Assembly (NCBI RefSeq): GCF_009914755.1
Contig: NC_060928.1
Length of the DNA stretch: 64,000 nucleotides
Direction: 5' to 3' (one strand)
Source: the human T2T-CHM13v2.0 reference genome, Homo sapiens
Made by a program: the position numbers and the translations under genes. Shown here piece by piece: positions 38,098-50,761 of this stretch (the stretch's first letter is position 1; each line of letters starts with the position of its first letter). The notes beneath the pieces were generated by a model, which saw nothing but the letters and a program-made list of their open reading frames with translations, made no database searches and had not been told where the DNA came from.

Positions 38098-40596
38098 ATT
38101 CATTCCTTCTACCTCTCAGATCCAATTCTTGGTATCAGTTCTTGGAGCAGATTCTCCAGGATTCTGGTGTGCCCATTTTCCTTAGGAAATCTTAGAAGAG
38201 GAAGATTAATGAGAAAAACTATAGCCCCACTGCTACAGCTGATTGTGGGATCACAACTGATACTCATGGTCTTCCTCCTATCCTATATTTTAGATTTTTC
38301 TATCCTCAGCTAGCACTTCAGCTGGTCTAGGTGGCTTACCAGGTGATGTGACCATGATACTGATTCCTATGGGAAGCAAGCCTGCCTTCTTAGGCCGTTT
38401 TATGCATTAGCCCACTTACGTCAATGGCAAGCAAGGGACTAGCAATGGGTAACAAAGTGAATCACCTGGTGCCAAACACTTTCCTTCCTGTTTTTCTTGT
38501 ATAATCAGGCTGGTTATCAGAGTAAATTGCCCTTGCCAGGGTGGTCCCTCAGCACAGGGAGCCCAATATCAGGCAACAATCATAACTTACAGTTCATTGA
38601 GATGTTTGGTGTGTGCTGAGATGGAGGCATTCTGTCTTTGCAAATTAGAACCTTTAACCTCATGAAGCCCAGAGTTGATGGAATGGGAAACGTTAATTTC
38701 CCAAAGGAGTTACTGGAAGTAATGGGAGTTACAGTCACTTTTACCTCTACTCTTTGGTTCTTGGATTCATATCATCTACCTATTGGAGATACAGCAACTT
38801 CTGTCTACACCGAATCCTGAAGGATAGCATCCTATGCTCTCAAAGTGTTGTGTATAAGCTGGCACTTTAGCTGTGCCTTCAACAGATTAGTCCATTACTA
38901 TATCAGGCTGAAAGCTTCTAGATGGTGTGGTATGTGGCATGACCAGGCAATGGATTCCTGTTCTGAACACTGGGCAAGACATCATGAAATTTTACTGGGA
39001 CAATTGCGCTCAACCTTCTGATCATTATCCTTGATTGCTTTCGGTTATTTATATTGAATATATATATTCAATATATATTCACCTGTCTTTCTCCTAAAGA
39101 AGCCATGCTCCATTAACCATCTCCATAACTCTCCATGTGTCAAGCCACCCTTTCCTTTCCCTGACCATTACCTTGCCACTAATTACAATAATTACATCCA
39201 CTTGGATTCTGTTGGTTCTTCCTCCCCACCTGCCTTGTATTATTTGGGAATTCTATCATTCCCATTGCTCTCAGGGAACACCGTTCTATAATGGCATATC
39301 CTACCATTAGCTTGGCCTGACAGAGACAGGCATGACTGAGCTTCTTTGTGATATGGTTCTCTTATTGCCAATACATTCTTTATTGCTTCAGTAAGTAATG
39401 AATACTGGATGCTCCTAAGGAGCAGAATCTGTGGTGGTCTTTCAGACCTTACATGGTATAATTATTCTGACATGCCCTCTTGGTTGAGGCTTTAAGTCCC
39501 TCCTTTTCTGCCTGCTACGAGTATTTGGGTATTTCTATCTCATTTTGTGCTGTCCCTTGATTTTTTTTTTCACTTTCTAAGGCACATTCTAGAAGTGTGT
39601 TCCTGAGATCTGTGTTAGGATGTTAAGTCCTGTGTCCCATGGCAGTGAGCTCATTTTAATAACTTGTCCAACTTTATGTTCTTCTCTTCCATTGGGATAG
39701 CATCCTCAAAACCTAATTCTGTCAGTATCCTCCCAGTTCCTACTGGCATATGTTGCATAGCTTCCACACTTCTTGGAAGTGTAGTTATTTTTCTCCACTA
39801 AAAGGCACAGCACTTCCCTAGCCAGATTATATTAGGACTTAGCCCTAATTATCGCCTTAGTGTCCAGGAATGGGGGTAGGGAAGATTCAGAGGTGGGGGT
39901 GAGGGTGTGTATGTCATGTTTTCTTGCAGGTAGAAGCTACTGCATCTTCCTCAAACCAAGGGAAACACTAACCCTTAAGAAGAAGGAGTGAGCCACTTTG
40001 CCAGGCTCAGAGGCATTAGGCACATTTGATAATTCATTATTTGCGTGCCTCAACATGGATGTACCATTGCATGACTCTGGGCCCTGATCTTTGTACAGTA
40101 TCCTTGACTAGGCATTTTGTGGAGCTCTGCTATAGTTATGATTAAGGCCTAGACTTGGTCTGCAGATTTCTGTTCTCAAGGTTGAAGAAGTGAGATCCTC
40201 TTTATATTCTAGCAGGAGGGCCCTTAGCTTTCACACTTAGTTTTAATTCCCAGTTAATCCTCCCAGTCTTTTGTTATCTTTTTCCAAGGCATCAACTGTA
40301 CCTAGCAATAGACATATAATTCCATTATTTTTATAATTAATATTTCTTCACTGTTCTTAATTACCTGAAACACTGGCCCCATTAATACAATCCCTTCCAC
40401 AGTCATATCATTCTAGATCACTGCTAGTGATCATTTTAAGGATTGCATTTGCCACCTTCTGCCAGCAGCTATGTGTGCTCCACTGATCATCAGTGATGGA
40501 AGTCCTTCATGCTAGAGAGCCAGAGATTGATCAGCTCCAGAATCTCATCTCAGCATGTTTTCTAACTACATTCTTACAACTACTCATAGAATCAAA
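38098..40596 (-). mobile_element. Degenerate ERVL internal region (HERV16/ERV3-16A3-like) with gag and integrase remnants
   Basis: Minus-strand HIPHHLEAFSLI**WTNLLKAQLKCQL (~38860-38936) resembles ERVL integrase HIPHHPEAAGLIERWNGLLK; IICLLLGTVDALEKDNKRL (40264-40320) resembles the ERVL gag N-terminus; purine-rich tract next to the 3' LTR. Confidence 0.75.
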
Positions 40597-41044
40597 TGCT
40601 GCAAGTTAGATTCTTCTGGAAGAAGATTCCGAGATGGAGAGCAACATGCAACATATGTACTGGGGAGTGGTCTTGGAATCAACACCAGGTGCAAGAAAAG
40701 GAGGGAGGGAGAATTGAGCAAGGGAGATGTTATGTTGTTATGCAGTCTACACAGATTTAGCTAATCTCTTGGGGAGCTCTGAAACTGGAATAATCCTTTA
40801 TATTTGACCAGCTTGTGGGAAGGAGGCCAGACCTTTCTACCCATTTATCAATCAGACATTGAGTGTAGTCTGCCCATGAGAAAGGAACATGGTCTGGGTT
40901 GAGACAGTTCTCTTTACCTGAGGGCAATTTCTGGAGAGGTCTTATGGATAAGTGCTGTCTAAGTCAGCACTACCCCCAGTAGCTGGGAAAATATATCTTT
41001 CAGTCCTAAAGAGGTATCTGGAAAATGCATCACGGCAGTCACTA
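40597..41044 (-). mobile_element. LTR16A-like 5' LTR of the ERVL provirus
   Basis: GATTCCGAGATGGAG...GGAATCAACACC...GGGGAGCTCTGAAACTGG...CAGTAGCTGGGAAAATATATCTTTCAGTCCTAAAGAGGTATCTGG; same motif order as 37665-38097. Confidence 0.8.
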
Positions 41045-41651
41045 GTGGGGAGATGTTTTTTAAAAAGGAAGGTTTTATATGCTCATTTTGGATAAAAGTC
41101 TCTTCCTCTCCCTACCACTATTCACTTTGTATAATCACAAAATTTATTCAATGTAACAATCTGAGCTATCATATAAAAAACATAGAATTTATTGAAATTG
41201 TGAGAACACAATTCCATCAATACTGATTCCTTAGCAATGTATTACAGGTTATATAAGATTGAGATTTTCATATGACAAAACAATTTTAAATGTATCAGAA
41301 ACTTGTAAGTTTAAAATTTTTAAATGTATGTTAACTTATAGATTGACATGACAATAAGCAGAAATCGCAAAGAGGTAGAAATGTCTAAAATAAAAGGTGA
41401 TTGGAACGCAAAGATATAGAATTTTTTAGAAGATTATACAGGAAGATAACAAAGAAAATATACAGGAGAACAGTTTATAGCTAAGTTGTCCACCACACAG
41501 AAGTTTTGGAGAGAATCAAGCTTAAAGCTATTGAAAATATAGGTTTTTATTTTGTAGTAGATACCACTTTTATCTTATCACAAGAGTCATATGGGATGCT
41601 CGTTATAAGCTGATACCTTGTTCTACTCTAAACCTATCTAGTCAGACTCTC

Positions 41652-42147
41652 TGAAATCAGGTTCAGATTCCCCACAAAAACCTTCTGAGGAAATTATCTG
41701 AGTGCAAGTAGTATATTTGCAAGGTGATCCTAGGAAGGTCTGGAATGGTCAGGGAGTGACACATTTGCAAGGTGAGCCTAGGAATGGTCAGGGAGCAGAG
41801 AAATGAAACAGGGAAGGAGAGGCAATAAGGCAATAAGTTGTGTATTACTGAGCAGGTTACCCCTGTGGATAGCTGAGCCTGAATACTGTTGGGTAATTCT
41901 GGAACCGTGTAAAATATATCTCATATTTATCCCACCCAATGGATGAGGAGACTCCAACACTGATTAGTCACTGGTTGAGGGCTGTTCTCAAGAGCAGTAA
42001 TGCCCCCAGCACTTCCGGTCTGACATGCATGGCCAAAATAGAACCCCCAGGTGGAGAGTTGCACTTGTTTATAGTGGGAAGCAGTAGACACAGGCTAGAA
42101 AGTGAGTGCAGAGTGGTACAGATTGTGGACTGACAGTGTCTTCTAGA
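41652..42147 (-). mobile_element. LTR16C-like ERVL solo LTR
   Basis: GAGTGCAAGTAGTATATTTG, AGTCACTGGTTGAGGGCTGTTC, CAGCACTTCCGG and GACAGTGTCTTCTAGA match recalled LTR16C antisense. Confidence 0.7.
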
Positions 42148-43135
42148 AAGCATTTCCAGAAAAGGAACCTGAAATTAGTATTTTTAATATGTTCTTTAAG
42201 TAATTTCTATGATTAGATAAGTTCAGACAACACTGCTCTAATACATACCAATGGAAAGCTACACAAATGTTAGAAAATGGCCAAGATAATATTATTACCT
42301 TCATTGGGAAGGTAATATTATTGAAGGTTGGAAGGGCCAAGTGATATAAGAAGAATGACCACACAAAAACAATAAAAGGAATTCAGTAACTGTTCAATTA
42401 GATAGCACTTCAATGATGCATTTCAATAATCTACCTACTTAAGGATGCTGTCATTGTTATTTACTTATTTCATGAGTTTAAAGGGATGTATTAAAATGTT
42501 AAGTCTATTATCTATTAAGTTTTTAAGTTCCTGGCAATTTTTTCAATATGCTTTGAGTGGAAAAATACTTTGAGCTAAAAATAATTAAATTGAATATTGT
42601 CTGAAGGAATGAAGCACATCTTCCAGATGTGGTCTGTATTCTCCTTTGATATTTATAATGAATTTAGTAGCCACATTTGGGGAATCATAGAGATAACTCT
42701 TTAAGCCTCAATAAGTGGGCTCATCAACAATGGGAACATATTGGCTATCTCAGATATTTCATAATTGTGTTCAATTGATGATCTAAATTATTACAGTGCT
42801 ACTTTTAATGATGCATGTTAAAGCCAAGTTGAAACAAAAATAAATTTAGGGAGGGATCAAATTATGGATTGCATATCAGGTTGAAAAACATTAAAAAGTC
42901 ATTAGTATTCATTTTTCTAGCTGTGTTTTCTTAGGATATTTCTTAGGATATCCAGTTTTCATTTTGAGACTGAGAATGGTAGCTGCAAGAGCTGAGCAGG
43001 GAAGAAATCATGCAGGGCCTTATAAGTTAAAGTGAAATATTTGATTTTACTCTAAATGCATTTTATTCTAAGCTATTAAGTGATTTTTGCAAAAGTAGTT
43101 TACATCTTTAAAAAATTAGTCTACTATATTAGAGG

Positions 43136-43684
43136 TGTAAGGGAAAAAATTTTTTTCCTCTATTCATCTGAGTTTTCAGCTGGAGTTCCCTGTAACGAAA
43201 GACAAGTTAACAAGAGGAAAACAAACATGTTTATTGACATGTGTGTTGCACATGTAACATAAGGGAGTACCCAGAAATGAGTAACTCAAAAAGATGACTT
43301 AGAACTCCAGCTTACATAGCATCTTTAAAAAGAACAATAACTTTGTAGAAAAATGGCAGGACAGAGAAAGCAGTTTTAGGTCTCCAAGGGTAGCAAACTA
43401 TGGGAAGGTAAATATACGAGAGAAAACTAATAAAGGTTTGTTTGCAGATTCTTCTGGTGCCATCTCTGGATTGATAAAAGCCTAGAGTCATTTCCAGTAA
43501 AGAAGAATTTATATCCTGCCTACAGGCAGAAAAGAGGAAGAGTAGACAGCACTTTTCCTGGGGTTTCTGTTTCTTAAGTGCTTTTAGCTCAAAATAATTT
43601 TTATGCCAAAAATGCATATTTTCAGATGGCATATTCTGGTCTCCTATTGTGATATTTTGATGTGGCACATTTTGATCTCCAACA
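43136..43684 (-). mobile_element. ERV1 solo LTR (MER34 family)
   Basis: TGTAA...AACA termini; perfect 4-bp TSD GAGG at 43132-43135 and 43685-43688; AGCTCAAAATAATTTTTATGCCAAAAATGCATATTTT...GGCATATTCTG. Confidence 0.85.
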
Positions 43685-43919
43685 GAGGCAAGCAAAGGCA
43701 AACACTTAGGAGAATATTTCAGTAATCCAGATAATAACAAGAAGGAACTTCATTAGGGAGTATGATTTGATGAAGCAGAATGGATATATTTGAGATAAAT
43801 CCTTCAGATAGATTAATAAATTTAACTGGTGAATTGGAGATTGGTTATTTAGTGAGTATTAACAATTAGTGAGTACTTGGTTATTTCACGAGTATTAACA
43901 ATTTCTTCTGTAACCATTA

Positions 43920-44850
43920 CTCAAGAATAAAGGCAAAATAAAGATATTTTCCAATTAACAAACAATATGAATTTACTACAAACAAAATTGCTAAAGCATG
44001 TTCTAAAAGCCCCATCTCAGGAAAATAGAAATTTAATCTCAAAAGCTAGACTGCACTGTGACATGAGAAGGAATGATAAAAAAAAAAACTTTGGCTAGCC
44101 TGTGTTAGATACTTGCTGCATAAAACAATGACAAAATATGACTAGTCTATAAAATTAGAATAACAAAATGGAATTAAAATACAGAACAATGGTGAAAGGT
44201 ATAAGGGGATGAGCAAGGTTAAAGTTTTCTATTTCTTGTATTGCTCAATAAGAAAGTTGAAACATGGATTCACTTCAGACTTTGTTATATATGCAACCTA
44301 AAAATGTGAGTATACACTAAAAAATAGACTTTCCAAAGTGAAAAAAAAAATAAATGGATAATGAATAATAGCAAGGGAAAAGGAAGCTGGGAAGAATGGA
44401 GATATATGGATAAAAATAAAGTAGAAAATAAAATGGTATAACAAAAACAAATATGTTGATAATCACAGTAAGTATAAATGAATTAAATTTACTAGTTGGA
44501 AATAAATAATTCACATTTTTAAACAATCCAGCTATAGTTTTTTTTTTTTTACAAGAAACATGCCTAAATAATAAAGCCAAAGAAAGTTTGAAAACTAAAC
44601 CCAGAATGGGTAAAATATACTAGGCATATATTACCCAGAATGCAACAGATTTGGCTACATAAAAATGAAATAAATGATGCTCTAAGATAAAAAAAAAAAC
44701 TCTCAGGAATAATAAATATTGATTGATTCAGCAGAAATATATAATTCTAAACATTCATGTACCTAATTACGTAACTCTAAAATGTGGAAAACAAAAGTTA
44801 ACAGAATTATGAGAAATCACCATATCAGTTAATATTGTAATATATGAAAA
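43920..44850 (+). mobile_element. Old L1M fragment (ORF1 end to ORF2 endonuclease start)
   Basis: CAAGAATAAAGGCAAAATAAAGATATTTTCC; AATCACAGTAAGTATAAATGAATTAAAT (like ITLNVNGLN); TACAAGAAACATGCCTA (like LQETHL). Confidence 0.65.
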
Positions 44851-44863
44851 ATAGTGAAGAGTG

Positions 44864-45360
44864 TGTGGTTTTGGTTAATTGATATTAACAACAAACTACC
44901 TCAAATCTTAGTGGCTTAAAACAACATTTATTTTGTTCTGGAATATGTAATTTGAATAGGGCTCATCAAGGATAGCTTGTCTCTTCTCTGTTCATTACCA
45001 TGTAAAGTAGCTCAAAGGCTGAAAGCTCTAATCATCTGAAGGTTTTTGATAACTCACATGTCTGGAAGCTATTGTTATTATATCAATTGAGTCCTTAGCT
45101 GGAGATATTGGTCAGAATACCTACATGTACCCTGAAATTCTTCATGACACGGTGGCTAGGTAACAATGGTGAGTATTCAAAGGAAGACAGAGAAAGAAAG
45201 AGAGAGAGAGAAGTTACATTATCTTCAAAGACCTGCCCGATTTTTAGTGGAGAATAAACACACTCTACCTCTTGATTGAGGAAGTGGCAAGGTTCTGGAA
45301 GAGCATATGAGACTGGAAATATGGTCATGTCCTCTTTTCGAAAAAATGCAATATGCTATA
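44864..45360 (-). mobile_element. MaLR solo LTR (MLT1H-like)
   Basis: AACAAACTACCTCAAATCTTAGTGGCTTAAAACAAC...ACTCTACCTCTTGATTGAGGAAGTGGCAAGG. Confidence 0.7.
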
Positions 45361-45552
45361 TCTTTATACCAGATATACATGGCAAAAAAGACATATAATC
45401 AGTTTAACAAACAATTACTTAAACTTAACTACTTTAACTACTTACCTTACTTTAACTTAGGTACCTTGGATAACCAGAAGCCATATGATACAAAGTGATC
45501 TATATATTCAATGCAATCTCTATCAAAATTTCAATGTCATTTTTCACAAAAT
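45313..45552 (+). repeat. Left arm of an inverted duplication (pairs with 47221-47445)
   Basis: Manual alignment to the reverse complement of 47221-47445 gives ~15 mismatches over 225 nt plus one 15-nt indel. Confidence 0.93.
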
Positions 45553-47200
45553 AGAAGAAAAAAAGACTTAAAACTCCTATGGCACTACAAAAAAACCCAA
45601 GTAGCCAAGGCAATCTTGAGCAAAATGAAAAAAGCTGAAAGTATCACACTGCCTGATGTCAAACTATACTAGAAAGCTATAGAATTAAAACAGCATGATA
45701 CTGGCACAAAAGTAGACAAATCAACCAGTAGAACAGAATATAGAGAGCCCATTAATGAATACACGTTAACAGTCAATTGATTTTCAACAAAAGTATCAAG
45801 AACACACAACAAAAAAAAAGACAGTCTCTTCAATAAAGTGTGTTGAGAATAACTAGATGTCCACATGCAGAAGAATAAAACTGGACCCTTTTTCTCATAC
45901 CATACAAAAAATCTACTCAAAATGGATTAAAGACTTATATGCAAGACCTGAACTGTCTACCAGAAGAAAACACAGAGAGGAAACTACACAACATTACTTT
46001 GGGCAATGATTTTGTGACTCCAAAACTCAGGTAACAAAAGTAAAAGTAGACAAATGAGATTACATCAAACTAAAAAGCTTCCACACAACCAAGGAAACAA
46101 TTAGCAGAGTAAAGATATAACCCTCAGAGTGGGAGAAAATTTTTGCAAACCATACATCTGATAAGGGGTTAATATCCAAAATACGTAAGGAACTCTAACA
46201 ACTCAATAGATATAAAACAACCTAATTAAAAAATGGGCAAAGGACCTGGATATACATCTCTCAAAAGAAGACATAAAAATGACAGGTCTATGAAAAAATG
46301 TTCAACATCACTAATTATCTGGGAAATGCAAATTAAAATCACAATGAGCTATCACTTCACACCTGTCAGAATGGATATTATCAAAAAGACAAGAGATAGC
46401 AAGTGTTGGCAAGATAAAAGGGAATCCTTGTACCCTGTTGGTGAGAATGTAAGTTGGTGCAGACACTATGGAAAACTGTATGAAGTTTCCTCAAAAAATG
46501 AAAAATAGAACTACCATATGATTCAGCAATCCCGCAACTGGGCATAAATCTAAAGGAACTAACATCAGTAGGTTGAAGAGATATTTGTACTCCCATGTCC
46601 TTTGCAGCATTATTCATACTAGCCAAGGTATGGAATTAATCTAAGTGTCCATCCATGGACGAATGGATAAGGAAAATATGGTATATATACTCAATGGAGT
46701 ACTATTCAACCTTAAAAATAAGAAATCCTGTCATTTGTGACAACATGGGTTAACTTGGAGGACATTATGCTACATGAAATAAGTCAAGCATGGAAAGACA
46801 AATAGCACATGATCTCACTTATACATGGAATCTAAAATAATCCAACCCAGAAGCAGGGAGTAGAAAAATGGTTCTGGAAGCTGGGGGTCGAGGGTATGGA
46901 GAGATGTCACTCAAAGGGTATAAAGTTTCAGTTACATAGGAGGAATACATTTTTTGATATCTATCGAACAGCATGGTGATTATGGTAATTAAAATTGTAT
47001 ATATTGAAATTACTAAGAAAGTAAATTTCACATGTTCTTATCACAAAACTGATAAGTATTTGCGGTAACAGATATATTAATTAGCTTGATTTAATCATCC
47101 CACGTTGTATTACCTATATATCATAATCTTATGTATTATAACATCACTTTGTATCTCATAAACAGTTATGATTTGTCAATTTACTCTAAAATAAAAGCAA
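45481..47200 (+). mobile_element. 5'-truncated L1MA (L1MA6-8-like): ORF2 C-terminus and 3'UTR
   Basis: ORF 46233..46508 [31 protein letters not shown] matches the L1 ORF2 C-terminal domain; L1MA-type 3'UTR GGTATAAAGTTTCAGTTACATAGGAGGAATA...TTAATTAGCTTGATTTAATCAT; A-rich end. Confidence 0.9.
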
Positions 47201-47220
47201 AGAAAGAGCCAAGAGGATGA

Positions 47221-47445
47221 ATTTTGTGAAAAATGACACTGAAATTTTGATAGAGATTGCATTGAGTATATAGATCACTTTGTATAGTATGGTTTCTGGT
47301 TATCCAAGGTACCTAAGTTAAAGTAAGATAAGAAGTTAAGTAATTGTTTGTTAAATTGATTATATGTCTTTTTTGTCATGTATATCTGGTATAAAGCTAT
47401 AGCATATTGCATTTTTTCAAAAAGAGAATATGGCCGTATTTCCAG
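47221..47445 (-). repeat. Right arm of the inverted duplication (pairs with 45313-45552)
   Basis: For example TTCTGGTTATCCAAGGTACCTAAGTTAAAGTAAG is the exact reverse complement of CTTACTTTAACTTAGGTACCTTGGATAACCAGAA. Confidence 0.93.
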
Positions 47446-47575
47446 CATATGAAAGTGACAGTTAAAGATGGGTCAAAAATTATTAAATTATATAACTTAA
47501 AAAGGTAGAAAAATTTTAAAATAAATTAGTGTGAAGTCTTGAGGGGTTTTGGCTCTTCCCCCACACATTTTGGAT

Positions 47576-47730
47576 TAGTGGTTCTCAAACCTGTGTGTGT
47601 GGCAAAATCACCTGGAGCTCTAACAGAGAGTTCAGAGTTGCAGGCTCCTGTGTGTCAGATAGAACTCGAGTCTGTAGTTTCACCAAGTACCCATGTGATT
47701 TTAATATATGTCTGAGTTTAAGAACCACTG
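47576..47730. mobile_element. MER5A-family hAT-Charlie MITE
   Basis: TIRs TAGTGGTTCTCAAAC / GTTTAAGAACCACTG; 8-bp flanks TTTTGGAT (47568-47575) and GTTTAGAT (48040-48047). Confidence 0.75.
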
Positions 47731-47731
47731 G

Positions 47732-48072
<341 letters not shown>

Positions 48073-49534
48073 CTAATAGCTAAAGTTGTTTTTCAACAGA
48101 AGCCACACACACAAAAAAGGAATTTATTTATTTTCATTCCATGACTAGGGATTCTTTATGTTGGCATTTACTGGGTAGAAAATGAATTTTACTATGAAAT
48201 GAATCATATTTTTTATTCCATCTTGTCTGCTTAGACTTAACCCCTAGACTGAATAAATTCTCCAGTTTCCCTTATAGTATTTGAGAACAGCATTTTCTTC
48301 GTGCCTGTTGCCCATAACCAAGCAAGTGAGTGTAATTCTCTTACTGTTCCAACACATGCAGAAAGGAATACTTGCTGCCACAGTGGAGCACCAAGCAAGT
48401 ATTTTCTGCTTTGCTACACTCACCCTCTTGCTCTTTGGGGCTTTAAGTTTCTCATTGTGCCCTCGTTCTTCCTCAGAGGAAATTGTACCACCCACAGGGA
48501 TCACGCTGTGTTTTCAAATCCCAGTAGTAATGCAACAATGGTCATTCCTGGAACAGTTCAAACACACAGAGAGAAAAACAGTTCCTGTATCTGGGTCAGC
48601 CCAGCTGCTGCTGGCTTAGGAACAAGCCTGGAAAGCCCCAGACGTGGGAACCTGTGTTTTGTACCCAGTTCATTTTTGCACAGCAGGCTACCTCTGTGTG
48701 GCTGAGATAGTGCTTGATGAGATGCAGTGGAGTGATGGGGAATTCAGGGGAGAGAAGTGAAATTGGGGAAAAAATATTGGACAATAATGTAAATGAAGTA
48801 AAGGTAATGGCCAGCAGTACCAGGCTCCATTGCTTTCAGTAACACAAATGCTTTCAAGAAGATGAATTTCTAGGACAAGAGAAAGACAGCACAGATACAA
48901 TCTAATTAACAGAACTGTTATGGGCAACTGATTCTATTATTTTCAATAGGCTGAATCGGAGAATCTGTTCAAACATAGTCATACCTTATAATAACATTCA
49001 GAAGGGTGGGATGTACAGAGGCAAAACCAAATTGAACGTTTTCATACTCCTTCACATAAATATCCAAAGATGCAAAGTTTCAGAACGACCTAAAGTATAA
49101 CACTAATAAAAGGAATCCATGTCATACTAAAGCATTAGTTAATATAATTGAAACTTAAAGAAAAAATCAAAATCCTCTCACTCTGATATTATCTTTCATT
49201 AAAGCCAAGCCTTTCCAAAAAAGTCATGCATTACCCGCATCTATGGAATTATCTGAGGAAAGCAGATAATTTTAAGAAGCTATTATAATGTACTTCCACA
49301 AACTACTATATCACTTACTATTTTACTATATCTGAATATACTGGTAGGTATTTGTAACATTTTATTTAACATTTTGGCTAAAAGATATCAAAATATTTTT
49401 GCTTTGATTTTAAAACAAATTTCCTAAGGTATTTTTTTTCTTAGTTTTAAACCAGAAAGACAAATATATATTAGGAGGTTTTTTGGTAAAGATATTTCTA
49501 AAGTTATAAACACGTATTTTTAAAATTATTTTCA

Positions 49535-49862
<328 letters not shown>

Positions 49863-50389
49863 TTAGAAATAAACAACAAACTAAAAACCCAGCGTTATTA
49901 GTTGATTTGTATCCCCACTGATGGTCCAAATAACCATGAGAAAAATGGTTGAACAATATCTACATTTTAGTTTCCTTACTGTTAAGTGAGGAGAATAACA
50001 GCTCTACACTAGTTTCATGAAATTCATTGAAATTCTTAGAGGAAATGTGCCTCATAAATGTAAGGTTACTAACATTAAAATAATAATAATATAGTTAGAT
50101 ATCATAGAGATTTAGACATATGCTATACTTGGAAATCCTTGAAAATAAAACTGGCCTCTCCTGTTTCCAGGGATATTGATGAATCAATACTCTAGTGAGA
50201 TGGATTTTGGTAGTATTTTAAATAAGAAAGAATTTTTAACTGTAAAGAGCTTAAAGAGAATATAAGTTTTAGTACTATTATTAAAAATATACATCTGTCT
50301 CACAACTGTAGATTGGAGAATCAGTCAGTCTCTGGCTCTGGAGAGAAACAAACAATCTAAGAGCATATTTTTATAAGATCACATAAGGC

Positions 50390-50761
<372 letters not shown>

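Noticed and set aside
41395-41425. ATTGGAACG...AAGAT resemblance to U6 snRNA
   Set aside because: Only about 9 contiguous matching bases; the rest of U6 is absent
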